Positions 32,832 through 41,147 of a DNA stretch of 41,147 nucleotides are shown piece by piece. The stretch is from a virus, in the IMG/VR virus record IMGVR_UViG_3300045988_064331, positions 1 through 41,147 of that record; one strand, given 5' to 3'. The position numbers were made by a program, and so were the translations under genes. The notes beneath the pieces are model-generated. The model was not told where the DNA came from. It saw only the letters and a list, made by a program, of their open reading frames with translations, and searched no databases. Position 1 is the first letter of the stretch. Every line of letters begins with the position of its first letter.

Positions 32832-33787
32832 AACGCATCCCACTCAAGGACACGGAACGTTACACGATCGAACGGTTCCGGCAGTGCAAGAAGACGGAAC
32901 GTCATCTCGCATGGCTGAAGAGCCGTAAGGCGGGTGTGGGCGGTTCCGACATGAGCACGATCCTCGGCCTGAATTCCTTCAAGACACCGTATGAGCTGTG
33001 GCTTGAGAAGACAGGCCGTGTGGAACCGGAGGACATCTCCGACAAGTGGGCTGTCATCCGTGGCAATGCCTTGGAGAACGAGCTTCGCAAGCGTTTCCGT
33101 GCCAACCATCCGGAAATGCTGGTCACGGACGGCACCGACAAGCAGTTCATCAGCCGCGAAAAGCCCTATCTGAGGGCTTCCCTTGACGGCATCCTGCAAG
33201 GGGAGGACGGAAGTTTCGGAATCCTCGAAATCAAAACTGCGAGCAACCGTCGAGCGGGGGACTGGCATGACGAGGACGGCAACCTCCGAATTCCACCTTA
33301 CTATCTCGCTCAAGTCGAGTTCTATGCGCTCGTCACTGGATGGACGTGGGGAGTCGTGTACGCGGCCATCGGGGACGACGAGCCAATAGAGATCCCGTTC
33401 CAGGCCGACGTGGAGGATACAGCCGCGATAGACAAGGCCGCAGCCGACTTCTGGCGTTTCGTCACTTCCGGCACTCCACCGCAGTTGACCGGCGGTGACG
33501 TGCAGAAGGCGTTCCCCGAGCCGACGCCGGACATCGTGGACGAAAGCGCCGACGATGACCTCTACGACCTGCTCGCACGATACGAGAGCACGGACAACCG
33601 CGAGAAGGAACTGAAAAACGAGCAGAAGGAATTGCAGGAGCAGATCATCCTGCGCATCGGCTCGCATACGGGCGTGCGCTGCGGCAACCTCCAAGCCACC
33701 TACAAGCCGACGACCCGCAAGGAATACGTCGTCAAAGCCGCCACATACCGCAAATTCGCATTCAAAGCCACCGAAAAGGAGCAATAA
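32828..33787 (+). CDS. YqaJ-type (lambda Exo-like) recombination exonuclease
   Basis: GVGGSDMSTILGLNSFKTPYELWLEKTG...SLDGIL...GILEIKTA...YYLAQVEFYALVTGW. Confidence 0.8.
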   Translation: MKRIPLKDTERYTIERFRQCKKTERHLAWLKSRKAGVGGSDMSTILGLNSFKTPYELWLEKTGRVEPEDISDKWAVIRGNALENELRKRFRANHPEMLVTDGTDKQFISREKPYLRASLDGILQGEDGSFGILEIKTASNRRAGDWHDEDGNLRIPPYYLAQVEFYALVTGWTWGVVYAAIGDDEPIEIPFQADVEDTAAIDKAAADFWRFVTSGTPPQLTGGDVQKAFPEPTPDIVDESADDDLYDLLARYESTDNREKELKNEQKELQEQIILRIGSHTGVRCGNLQATYKPTTRKEYVVKAATYRKFAFKATEKEQ

Positions 33788-33789
33788 TC

Positions 33790-34626
33790 ATGGGACAGAT
33801 CGCACAGCAGGCGCAAGGCCGGCAGATGGTCGAAATGACGCCGAAAAAGAACCTCCAGATGCTGATGAAGAAGAGCTGGCCGCGCATCGCCAGCGTCGTC
33901 GGCAACAACATCAGCCCCGACCGCCTCTACCAGATGTGCGTGTCAGCTATCAACAAGACACCGAAACTGGCTGAATGCTCGCCGCAAAGCGTGCTCTCCT
34001 GCTTCATGACCTGCAGTGCGCTCGGATTGGAACCGTCCAACGTGGACGGATTGGGACGAGCCTACGTGCTTCCCTTCTACAACAAGAAATCCGGAGGAAT
34101 GGAAGCCACGTTCATCATGGGCTACCGTGGCATGATCGACTTGGCGCGACGTAGCGGCCAGCTCGTGGACATCAGCGCCCGAGCAGTACACCAGGGAGAC
34201 GAATTCTCGTACTCGTATGGTCTGAACGAGGAGCTGCACCACGTGCCATGCGCCAACCCCGGCGAACTGACCCACGTGTACATGGTCGCGCATTTCAAGG
34301 ACGGCGGACACTACTTCCTCGTCCTTAACCGTCAGGAGATCGAGCAGGCGAGGGCACGCAGCAAGAGCGGCAATTTCGGCCCGTGGAAGACCGATTACGA
34401 GGCCATGGCGAAGAAGACCGCCATCCGTCGTGCCGCCCCGTACCTGCCTTTGACCGTGCAGGCGCAGACCGCCGTCGCCGCCGATGACATCACGCCTGAC
34501 TACGGCGACGTGTTCCAACCTGTGCTCGATGACGATAGCGTCGACGAAGCCGATGACGTGACCGCCGAAGTCATGGAAGCGGATACGCCGGAGGATACCG
34601 AAGCCGACGCGAAGGAGGCCGAGTGA
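33790..34626 (+). CDS. recT: RecT-family single-strand annealing protein
   Basis: CSPQSVLSCFMTCSALGLEPS...AYVLPFYNKK...MGYRGMIDLARRSGQ. Confidence 0.8.
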   Translation: MGQIAQQAQGRQMVEMTPKKNLQMLMKKSWPRIASVVGNNISPDRLYQMCVSAINKTPKLAECSPQSVLSCFMTCSALGLEPSNVDGLGRAYVLPFYNKKSGGMEATFIMGYRGMIDLARRSGQLVDISARAVHQGDEFSYSYGLNEELHHVPCANPGELTHVYMVAHFKDGGHYFLVLNRQEIEQARARSKSGNFGPWKTDYEAMAKKTAIRRAAPYLPLTVQAQTAVAADDITPDYGDVFQPVLDDDSVDEADDVTAEVMEADTPEDTEADAKEAE

Positions 34627-34937
34627 TGGCAGTGGAGAAGAACCGATGCCACGATGACATCGTAAATCGGCTCAGAATGGCGCGTGAGCTTGAAGATGAT
34701 TGTCTGAAGCAGCTTGTCGATGCCGAGCCCGACGAGGACGGCATCTACCGTGACGCGCAAGGCGCTTTATGGGTGCACTGCATCGATTCGTGGAAGCAGC
34801 TTTTGTTCGACTATGACACAGGAACCCTCGATTTGGGCCTAGGCAGGACTTGGGAGTCTCTCGTGGACCGCGAGCCGACTAAAAGAATGCCGTTTCGTTT
34901 CATCACGCCGCTTACCGAGGAAGAGGAGAACTTCTGA
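34623..34937 (+). CDS. Hypothetical protein
   Basis: Coupled ORF between recT and ssb. Confidence 0.35.
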   Translation: MMAVEKNRCHDDIVNRLRMARELEDDCLKQLVDAEPDEDGIYRDAQGALWVHCIDSWKQLLFDYDTGTLDLGLGRTWESLVDREPTKRMPFRFITPLTEEEENF

Positions 34938-35425
34938 TGGCTGGAGAAACCGTTATCACGATTGTCGGTAATCTGACCGCCGACCCGGAATTGCGCACGA
35001 CGTCCGCTGGCGCGCAGGTCGCGTCGTTCACGATCGCCAGCACGCCGCGTTCCTGGAACCGCAGTACGAACCAGTTCGAGGACGGTCAGGCTTTGTTCAT
35101 GCGCTGCTCCGCGTGGCGTGACATGGCTGAGCATTGCGTCCGCTCCCTCGCCAAGGGCATGCGTGTGATCGCGCAGGGTCGTTTGCAGCAGCGTTCCTAC
35201 CAGGCGCAGGACGGTTCCAACCGCACGGTCGTGGAATTGCAGGTGGACGAGATCGGGCCAAGCCTGCGTTATGCGGCGGCTCAGGTGCAGAAGATGCAGT
35301 CGGGCGGATACCAGGGCGGCAATGCCAACGGTGGCGGCTATCAGCAGCCGCAGCAGGCACAACAGCAGTCGCAGGCTCCGGCCGATGATCCGTGGGGCGC
35401 GCCAGCCGGAGAGCCTGACTTCTGA
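34937..35425 (+). CDS. ssb: Single-stranded DNA-binding protein
   Basis: [29 protein letters not shown]...WRDMAEH, a Gly/Gln-rich tail and an acidic tip [13 protein letters not shown]. Confidence 0.9.
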   Translation: MAGETVITIVGNLTADPELRTTSAGAQVASFTIASTPRSWNRSTNQFEDGQALFMRCSAWRDMAEHCVRSLAKGMRVIAQGRLQQRSYQAQDGSNRTVVELQVDEIGPSLRYAAAQVQKMQSGGYQGGNANGGGYQQPQQAQQQSQAPADDPWGAPAGEPDF

Positions 35426-35568
35426 TGCGCGAATGGATTGAACCGCCGGACGTGGAAACCACATGTCCGATACATGGGTGCGCGCTGTATCCGGCGCGCA
35501 CCATCCCATGCCCCGAATGCGAGATCGAAGCCGAGGAAGAGGAGGCCGACCATTATGAGCGAGATTGA
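35425..35568 (+). CDS. Small zinc-ribbon protein (47 aa, not in the ORF track)
   Basis: CPIHGC...CPEC; ATGA overlap with the ssb stop. Confidence 0.35.
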   Translation: MREWIEPPDVETTCPIHGCALYPARTIPCPECEIEAEEEEADHYERD

Positions 35569-35944
35569 CATCGCGATCAGCAGGCAACTGTGGTGGACGC
35601 AGAACCGTCGAAGCCGCAGCTGGGCGGTGCCATACCAGCGGAAGAAGAAGGTCAAGGCCGCCGCCCACATCACCTTCCGCAGTCTCATCAACGCCGGCAG
35701 ACTCACGCGCCCGACGCATTGGCCGGTGCACGTGACAGCCATCATCCACCCGCTCACCCACGGACGGTTCGACCCCGAGAACGCGGCCCCCATGGTCAAG
35801 GCGATACTCGACGGCATCACCCAGTCAGGCTACTGGCCCGACGACAACGCCATATACGTGACAGGCCCCGACTACCGGCTCGGCCAGCCCAGCACGCAGA
35901 AGGGAGTCTACCACATCACCATAAGAATCGAGGACACGAAATGA
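35555..35944 (+). CDS. rusA: RusA-like Holliday junction resolvase
   Basis: ...HWPVHVTAIIHP.THGRFDPENAAPMVKAILDGITQSGYWPDDN pattern. Confidence 0.65.
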   Translation: MSEIDIAISRQLWWTQNRRSRSWAVPYQRKKKVKAAAHITFRSLINAGRLTRPTHWPVHVTAIIHPLTHGRFDPENAAPMVKAILDGITQSGYWPDDNAIYVTGPDYRLGQPSTQKGVYHITIRIEDTK

Positions 35945-36432
35945 GCTGTCAATACAAGGTTTTCCCGGTGTTTTGGACTGGCAGTGGCATTAATCGTTGC
36001 TTATCCAATATGGAGTTGCTTGAAAAAGCTCTGAATGATGGTTGGAAGATTGTACGAATGGACACCATCCCGCCACTGGAAGTCCCATGTGCCGCACTCA
36101 GCGCCACGAACGTCTACATTCTCGAAAAAGGAAAGCGAGGACGCGAAATGAACGGCGTGCTAGACCTTCTCCCGCATGACATGGGTCTGCGCGTGGAACT
36201 TGATACGAACGAAACATACTACCTGAAAAGCGGATGGGCGGAACGCTGGGACGGGATTTATGGGATTGCTTGCGGATACGTGGATTGTTCTGAAGTCATT
36301 ACGTGGTTTGAAGGTCCTGGTCGCATCGCAATCATGAAGAGCCACGTGAAGCTAGCAGTCCCATTCGATGAACATGAAACCGAAACCACCAAGCAAAACG
36401 AGGATACGAACATGAAGGATACAAACCGATGA
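35941..36432 (+). CDS. Hypothetical protein (lower GC)
   Basis: ATGA overlap; 163 aa. Confidence 0.35.
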   Translation: MSCQYKVFPVFWTGSGINRCLSNMELLEKALNDGWKIVRMDTIPPLEVPCAALSATNVYILEKGKRGREMNGVLDLLPHDMGLRVELDTNETYYLKSGWAERWDGIYGIACGYVDCSEVITWFEGPGRIAIMKSHVKLAVPFDEHETETTKQNEDTNMKDTNR

Positions 36433-36743
36433 ACGGCGATAAGCAGCATGCGGTGTGGCGTGAAAGCATCGAAAAATACGGCAAAGAGACACAAAGCATC
36501 GTCTGCATGGAGGAATGCGGCGAACTCATCCAAGCCATCAGCAAGCGCCTACGCGGCAAGCCCGGTGCTATCGACAATCTTGCGGAGGAAATGGCCGACG
36601 TGACCATCTGCCTGTACCTGCTCAAGGAAATGTACGGCATCACCGACGAGCAGTTGGAAGAATGGATCACACGCAAGACGGCAAGGCAATACGAGCGAAT
36701 GCAGGCCGATGACCCATTCCTGGAAGGCGAGGACGCGGAATGA
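36429..36743 (+). CDS. MazG-like nucleotide pyrophosphohydrolase
   Basis: EECGELIQAI...LAEEMADVTICL metal-binding EExxE...EExxD pattern. Confidence 0.65.
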   Translation: MNGDKQHAVWRESIEKYGKETQSIVCMEECGELIQAISKRLRGKPGAIDNLAEEMADVTICLYLLKEMYGITDEQLEEWITRKTARQYERMQADDPFLEGEDAE

Positions 36744-37057
36744 GCGTCGCGGATGATGAAGCTGAGAAGGCGTATCCGACCCGCTATTGGAATGGAACGC
36801 ATGTCAAGGAACAGTTTTACTGCGACACGGACGATTTGCAGGAAGCGTACCTGCGCGGCCGCGCAGCACCACCGGCTGACGCCGAAGTGGAGGCCGTGGC
36901 GAAAAAACTGATCTGGTGGGACATGGCGCCAGCCTGGGAAGACGTCATGCCCAGTGAGGACTGCTTCTGGACTCTGGCCGAGCCGGAGATGCGAGCCAAT
37001 TATCTCAGGGACGCTCGGGAAATGCTCGAAATCGCACGGAAGGCGGTAAGCGAATGA
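36740..37057 (+). CDS. Hypothetical protein
   Basis: Coupled ORF with coding-like composition. Confidence 0.35.
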   Translation: MSVADDEAEKAYPTRYWNGTHVKEQFYCDTDDLQEAYLRGRAAPPADAEVEAVAKKLIWWDMAPAWEDVMPSEDCFWTLAEPEMRANYLRDAREMLEIARKAVSE

Positions 37058-37188
37058 GCAAGGCAATCCGATATGTCGAGTGCGCCCACTGCGGTGAGAC
37101 TGTCGGCACATACTACGTCACATGCCCGTACTGCGGATACCGCCTGGTGTCCGCTCAGCAGGCGGTCATGGATGGCTTGGCATGGTGA
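37054..37188 (+). CDS. Small zinc-ribbon protein (44 aa, not in the ORF track)
   Basis: CAHCG...CPYCG. Confidence 0.35.
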   Translation: MSKAIRYVECAHCGETVGTYYVTCPYCGYRLVSAQQAVMDGLAW

Positions 37189-37358
37189 CGCTCGACCCGG
37201 AACCCGACATCGTGGAAATCGCCGAAGCCCTGGACGCGATGGCGAAACCACACGTGGGAAGCGGCTGGAAGAACACCAACTACACCGACCTGCCCTGCAC
37301 CACGCCACGTCAGGAAGCAATCTGGATGGAATACAACGGCATCACAAGAGGAGATTGA
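37182..37358 (+). CDS. Hypothetical small protein
   Basis: ATG overlapping the upstream stop; 58 aa. Confidence 0.3.
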   Translation: MVTLDPEPDIVEIAEALDAMAKPHVGSGWKNTNYTDLPCTTPRQEAIWMEYNGITRGD

Positions 37359-37363
37359 ATGAA

Positions 37364-37861
37364 ATGGGCTATTTCCAGATTCCGGTCTCATGGTATCGAG
37401 ACGAAACAATGTTGGAACTCATGAGAAAGAGTCCGGCATCAATTGGCCTCTACGTGATGATGATTTCCTGGTGTTCCGACAACAGGAGCTACGGTGATAT
37501 TCCATACACTGTCATCCGGTACGTTCTCGATGGCGAAGACGATGAATTACAGGCGATTATCGACGCGGGTTTCCTGACGAAGACAGACAAGATTCGTCTG
37601 CGCGAACCCGTCTACCACATCAAGAGCTTCAGGCGCTTCGACCCGCGATCAAGGGAGCCGATCAGCAATAAGCTTCGCAAGGCCGTGTATGAGCGTGACC
37701 ATTGCCGTTGCGTCGAATGTGGAGCCGCCGATCATCTGAGCCTTGACCACATCATTCCGTGGAGTCTTGGCGGCGAGGACACCATGGAGAATCTTCAGAC
37801 CATGTGCCGTTCATGCAATTCAAGGAAGGGGAACAGGGGCGATGTGGTTCAAGGTGGATGA
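37364..37861 (+). CDS. HNH endonuclease (replication module)
   Basis: CRCVECGAADHLSLDHIIPWSLGGEDTMENLQTMCRSCNSRKG. Confidence 0.8.
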   Translation: MGYFQIPVSWYRDETMLELMRKSPASIGLYVMMISWCSDNRSYGDIPYTVIRYVLDGEDDELQAIIDAGFLTKTDKIRLREPVYHIKSFRRFDPRSREPISNKLRKAVYERDHCRCVECGAADHLSLDHIIPWSLGGEDTMENLQTMCRSCNSRKGNRGDVVQGG

Positions 37862-38675
37862 TTCGTTCTTCTCGAACCCGAAGACCGCGATGCTGTCGGA
37901 CGGGGCTACCGCATTGTGGCTCCGTTCCGGCTCATGGTCGGCACAGCAATTGACGGGCGGGTTCGTGCCAGCCCGCATGGTGACGATGTTCCGTGGCTCC
38001 GATGATTCCGTGCGCGAACTGTGCGATGTCGGATTGTGGGAGCGTGACGATGAACGGGATGGCTATTGGTTCCACGATTGGAGCGACTACCAGCCGGACG
38101 GGGAGGAAGTGGACGCTCTGCGCCGGAAGCGGAGCGAAGCGGGCAAGAGGGGCGCGGACCGTCGTTGGAAACGGAAAACCGTTGACGAAAATGGCAAAAA
38201 TGGCAAAACCGATGGCAAATGCCATGGCAAACCTATGGCAAACGCATGGCAAACCGATGGCAAGTCGATGGCAAACTCATGCCCCGTTCCCGTACCCGTA
38301 CCCGATAAGAAAGAGAAAGAAGAATATTCTTCTTCTTTCTCCAAAGAAAGCGTGAAGGATTTCGGTGAATCGCGGGAGTGCGGCGAAACCGACAAGACGC
38401 TAGCCGTGGAATATCCGAACCTCGACCTCGAATCCGCATGGCTCGCATTCGCAGACCGTCACCAAGACGAAACACGCTCCGTCAACGACTGGACACGACT
38501 ATGGAAGGGCTGGTGCCAACGCCGCGCCAACATGAGTGGCATACCACCGTCGAAACGCCACGTGCACACGTGGCAGTGCGAACACGTGCTGCAAGCGCTC
38601 GGACGAAACAGGGAAACCGCCACGCCAGACCAACGAGCCTGCCAGATGGCGAAACAACTCAACAAGGAGCAATGA
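37842..38675 (+). CDS. Replication organiser / initiator-like protein (DUF1376-like N-terminus)
   Basis: MWFKVDDSFFSNPKTAMLSDGATALWLRSGSW... The gene carries an internal iteron array, analogous to lambda O/ori. Confidence 0.55.
   Translation: MWFKVDDSFFSNPKTAMLSDGATALWLRSGSWSAQQLTGGFVPARMVTMFRGSDDSVRELCDVGLWERDDERDGYWFHDWSDYQPDGEEVDALRRKRSEAGKRGADRRWKRKTVDENGKNGKTDGKCHGKPMANAWQTDGKSMANSCPVPVPVPDKKEKEEYSSSFSKESVKDFGESRECGETDKTLAVEYPNLDLESAWLAFADRHQDETRSVNDWTRLWKGWCQRRANMSGIPPSKRHVHTWQCEHVLQALGRNRETATPDQRACQMAKQLNKEQ
38191..38275 (+). repeat. Eight ATGGCAA(A) iterons (candidate replication origin) inside the replication gene
   Basis: Copies start at 38191, 38200, 38212, 38224, 38235, 38246, 38257 and 38268 (spacing 9, 12, 12, 11, 11, 11, 11). 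Confidence 0.7.
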
Positions 38676-38676
38676 A

Positions 38677-38820
38677 ATGAACAGCAGAACCACCAGTCAT
38701 CCAACACCCGAAGAACTAGCCAAAGCATGGCGAGAAGGCTACGCCGCAGGCTGGAAAGACCAGGAATGCGACTTTCCGCCACACACAAGCGAAAACCCAT
38801 ACAAGGAGACCATCGAATGA
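38677..38820 (+). CDS. Hypothetical small protein
   Basis: 47 aa, coupled to its neighbours. Confidence 0.3.
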   Translation: MNSRTTSHPTPEELAKAWREGYAAGWKDQECDFPPHTSENPYKETIE

Positions 38821-38918
38821 AACACAACCCGTTTGAAATCGCGTTCGGCATCGTATTGACCGTCTGCCTGTGCGTCGCCCCGATCATCATATTCACGATC
38901 AGTTAAGGAGTTCCAAAA

Positions 38919-39275
38919 ATGAGTGACAACGTCAACCGCCAGACAAGGAAGGAAACACTCGAAATGAGAAAACGCAAACCACTCGCGCTCGCCGGCATCG
39001 GCCCTACCGCCATCACCATGCTCCTGCTCACGCCGGTATTCCTCCTCGCGCTCGCGGGATGCGGAAGCGCGTCCAAGACGTCGGCCCCGGCCCACGCCAT
39101 CGCCGCCACCGGCACCACATGCTCCAAAAGGTCCAGCGACAGCATCAAGGAATGCATCGTCACACTGTCCGACACGAGGCAAGTGGTCTGCGTCGTCTAC
39201 GCGGGCTACCAGAGGGGCGGCATGTCATGCGACTGGAGCCATGTGAGCGGCGCGGACAAGGAGCCGGCAAGATGA
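38919..39275 (+). CDS. Putative lipoprotein
   Basis: Signal peptide with lipobox LALAGC. Confidence 0.55.
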   Translation: MSDNVNRQTRKETLEMRKRKPLALAGIGPTAITMLLLTPVFLLALAGCGSASKTSAPAHAIAATGTTCSKRSSDSIKECIVTLSDTRQVVCVVYAGYQRGGMSCDWSHVSGADKEPAR

Positions 39276-39442
39276 GCTACAACGTCGTCACCCGGCAAGG
39301 CGTCAGAACGTTCGAGAACATCGACGATGCCGGCGACTACGCGCAGGCCGTGTCCTTGAGGACTGGCGAGCCGGTCAAGGTGTTCAATGCCGAGACCGGA
39401 CTGGCCGCATTCACAACCAGAACAAGGAAGGAAACGAAATGA
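39272..39442 (+). CDS. Hypothetical small protein
   Basis: ATGA overlap; 56 aa. Confidence 0.3.
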   Translation: MSYNVVTRQGVRTFENIDDAGDYAQAVSLRTGEPVKVFNAETGLAAFTTRTRKETK

Positions 39443-39588
39443 AAGTGAAGAAAACCCTTATGGACATGATCGTCAAGTGGCATCAGGCCGGCTATGCGAT
39501 CGACGAAATCGCGCCGCTCGTGCCGCAAGTCCCGAAAGCTGAAGTCGCCGCCATAATCCACCAGTACGACAAGGAGGCCCGACTTTGA
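39439..39588 (+). CDS. Hypothetical small protein
   Basis: ATGA overlap; 49 aa. Confidence 0.3.
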   Translation: MKVKKTLMDMIVKWHQAGYAIDEIAPLVPQVPKAEVAAIIHQYDKEARL

Positions 39589-40328
39589 CCGACTGCCAGC
39601 ACTGCGGCAAACCCGCCAGCGGCACGCTCTGCGCCAAATGCACCGCCGACTACTGGGCCATGATTTACCAGCTCGGACACATCCAGCTACCGACCCTGCG
39701 CAGCATCATGCTCCGTCAGGCGCACATCGGCACCCCGGCACACACGCCGAACAAAGGCACCGCGCCACTGCCCATCGATACCCATGCGCAGGACCTCATC
39801 GCAGACAGCGAGGCATGGTTGGCCGAACAGGCAGGCAAAATACGCGCCGCATACGCCGCATACGATTGGCGTAAAGCATGGTATGCCATCATCAGCAACA
39901 AACACACCATATTGGACATGCCAACCGCCGCCGACGACTACACCGCCCTGGAACACATCATCCGGCGCAACGAACAAGCCCTGACACCGGAAGACGAGCT
40001 CATAATCCTCGGCACCTGCCCAAAATGCGACAGTATGCTCACCGGCACGCCGGAAGCCGAGTCGGTCACATGCCAAGGCTGCCGCCGTGAATGGGCCGCG
40101 CCAGCAATCAAAGCAGCCCGAGACGAAAGACTATGGCAAATGCAAATCACCGGCACACCCAGCGATGCGGCCAAGGAGCTGAAACGATATGGTTTGACCG
40201 TATCACGCAACCTCATCAGCCAATGGCTCAAACGTGGCAAACTGTCGCACGCCACGCCGACGGAACACAAGCGGCAGTACACGTTCAACCTCGGCGAGTT
40301 GGCCGCACTACTTGACTGTCACCGTTGA
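39585..40328 (+). CDS. Zinc-ribbon plus C-terminal HTH protein; candidate late-gene regulator
   Basis: AAGGAGG 7 nt before the TTG. Contains CQHCG..CAKC and CPKC..CQGC, and the C-terminal AAKELKRYGLTVSRNLISQWLKRG. It is the last gene before the HNH/terminase block. Confidence 0.4.
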   Translation: MTDCQHCGKPASGTLCAKCTADYWAMIYQLGHIQLPTLRSIMLRQAHIGTPAHTPNKGTAPLPIDTHAQDLIADSEAWLAEQAGKIRAAYAAYDWRKAWYAIISNKHTILDMPTAADDYTALEHIIRRNEQALTPEDELIILGTCPKCDSMLTGTPEAESVTCQGCRREWAAPAIKAARDERLWQMQITGTPSDAAKELKRYGLTVSRNLISQWLKRGKLSHATPTEHKRQYTFNLGELAALLDCHR

Positions 40329-40357
40329 AATGCTATACTATCGTACAGTAGTAAAAT

Positions 40358-40381
40358 GGTTCAGCCGGAAACGGTTGGACC
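40358..40381 (+). terminator. GNRA-tetraloop hairpin after the regulator gene (possible terminator/attenuator)
   Basis: GGTTCAGCCG-gaaa-CGGTTGGACC (10 bp including G-U pairs), followed by ATTATT. Confidence 0.4.
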
Positions 40382-40595
40382 ATTATTCATATCCAGCTGC
40401 ATTCGCTATAATCATCTCTGTCCGGCATGGAGCCACTAGCAACCCTTGGAGCCGTCGCACCGAAGGACGCCGACCATGGCGGCGACACCCGTTGTGTCGG
40501 TAGCCCATGAATCGGGGGTGGCCAGCTGGGGGACCTTCGCGGGAGACGTACCCCAGACATGCCGGACACTTCTTACCGATGTGGGGAGTGGATTG

Positions 40596-40991
40596 ATGTA
40601 CAAGGTATGCTCCACCTCCGGTTGCCCCCACCTGGTTTCCTCCGGCTCGCTGTGCGACGAATGTAGGAAAGCCAAAGACAAGCGCCGGACACGAGGCCGC
40701 AATCCATACACGTCGAAAGCGCATCGCCTCGCACGCGCCCGCGTGCTGGCAAGGGATCCGCGGTGCGTCTGTCCCGGCGACGGGCCGGACGGATGCGGAA
40801 GGCACCATGGCCTATGCGGTGCCCCCAGCACCATAGCCGACCATTGGCCGATCGAACGCATCGAGCTCGTCGAAGCAGGCTTGGACCCCAACGACCCGCA
40901 ACGCATGCGCGGCCTGTGCAAGCGCTGCCACGACAGCAAGACCGCAAGGACGAAACCTTCGGGCTTCAACAACAGACAAAACCTCAGCTGA
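40596..40991 (+). CDS. HNH endonuclease associated with the terminase/cos region
   Basis: GGGGAG RBS. CPHLV..CDEC, ...ADHWPIERIELVEAGLDPNDPQRMRGLCKRCHDSKT. Classic HNH-terS-terL arrangement of cos phages. Confidence 0.8.
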   Translation: MYKVCSTSGCPHLVSSGSLCDECRKAKDKRRTRGRNPYTSKAHRLARARVLARDPRCVCPGDGPDGCGRHHGLCGAPSTIADHWPIERIELVEAGLDPNDPQRMRGLCKRCHDSKTARTKPSGFNNRQNLS

Positions 40992-41061
40992 CACACACAG
41001 GCTTCGGCACCAAAACAAAACATTCCATCGAAGCCAAGCCGCCGACGCCAGCCGCTCACGT

Positions 41062-41147
41062 CGAACGACACGAAAGACGAAAACGACCAAGTCTTTTCGA
41101 TTCGATTCGCGACTCATCGCAGCATCAAGCGAGTCAAACAAAAAAAC
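41062..41147. repeat. Right copy of terminal direct repeat (86 nt, one extra T)
   Basis: Direct comparison with nt 1-85. Confidence 0.9.

Noticed and set aside
38191-38275. A CRISPR-like or minisatellite array.
   Set aside because: The repeat unit is only 7-8 bp with 2-5 bp spacers and lies in frame within a replication gene. This is the iteron/origin pattern rather than a CRISPR array. No cas genes are present.
1-41147. A diversity-generating retroelement, retron or transposon as the source of tail-fibre variability.
   Set aside because: No reverse transcriptase, template/variable repeat pair, transposase or terminal inverted repeats are visible in any frame. The variability machinery present is the recombinase-based shufflon and the G11 tract.

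Overview
The window reads as a complete ~41.06 kb genome of a temperate siphovirus-type phage or prophage. The host is probably a high-GC Gram-positive such as Bifidobacterium; this is inferred from GC content, codon bias and gene content. The sequence is linearised inside the packaging (cos) region: nt 1-85 recur at 41062-41147 with one extra T. Plus-strand order: terS; terL, split into two overlapping ORFs; portal; MuF-like head protein; scaffold; major capsid; four connector/neck genes; major tail protein with terminator; G/GT tail chaperone with a canonical CCCAAAA -1 slippery site; 1133-aa tape measure; Dit; Tal/fibre-like genes. The most unusual element follows (16819-19263): a multi-site invertible shufflon. 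It has five ~21-bp sites sharing the core TTCCGTA(A/T)CCC (two direct, three inverted), five start-less 98-113 codon C-terminal cassettes, and an abutting XerC/D-size tyrosine recombinase. An in-frame TAG sits at the junctions. Downstream come more fibre-like genes, including three tandem paralogues, one thrown out of frame by a G11 tract. Then: holin/endolysin cassette; a moron island (Dam-like methyltransferase, PBECR4-like protein); an xis-like gene; an integrase reduced to its N-terminal ~105 codons; a minus-strand lysogeny block (wHTH protein, membrane protein, ImmA-like peptidase, XRE repressor) facing a cro-like gene; antirepressor; YqaJ exonuclease/RecT; SSB; RusA; MazG-like protein; HNH; a replication organiser carrying eight internal ATGGCAA iterons; a putative late regulator; and a second HNH next to the packaging region. 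I found no rRNA, complete tRNA, CRISPR array, reverse transcriptase/DGR or transposase. All protein calls come from motif recognition by eye, and no database search was possible. Many long antisense ORFs in the track are high-GC artefacts.
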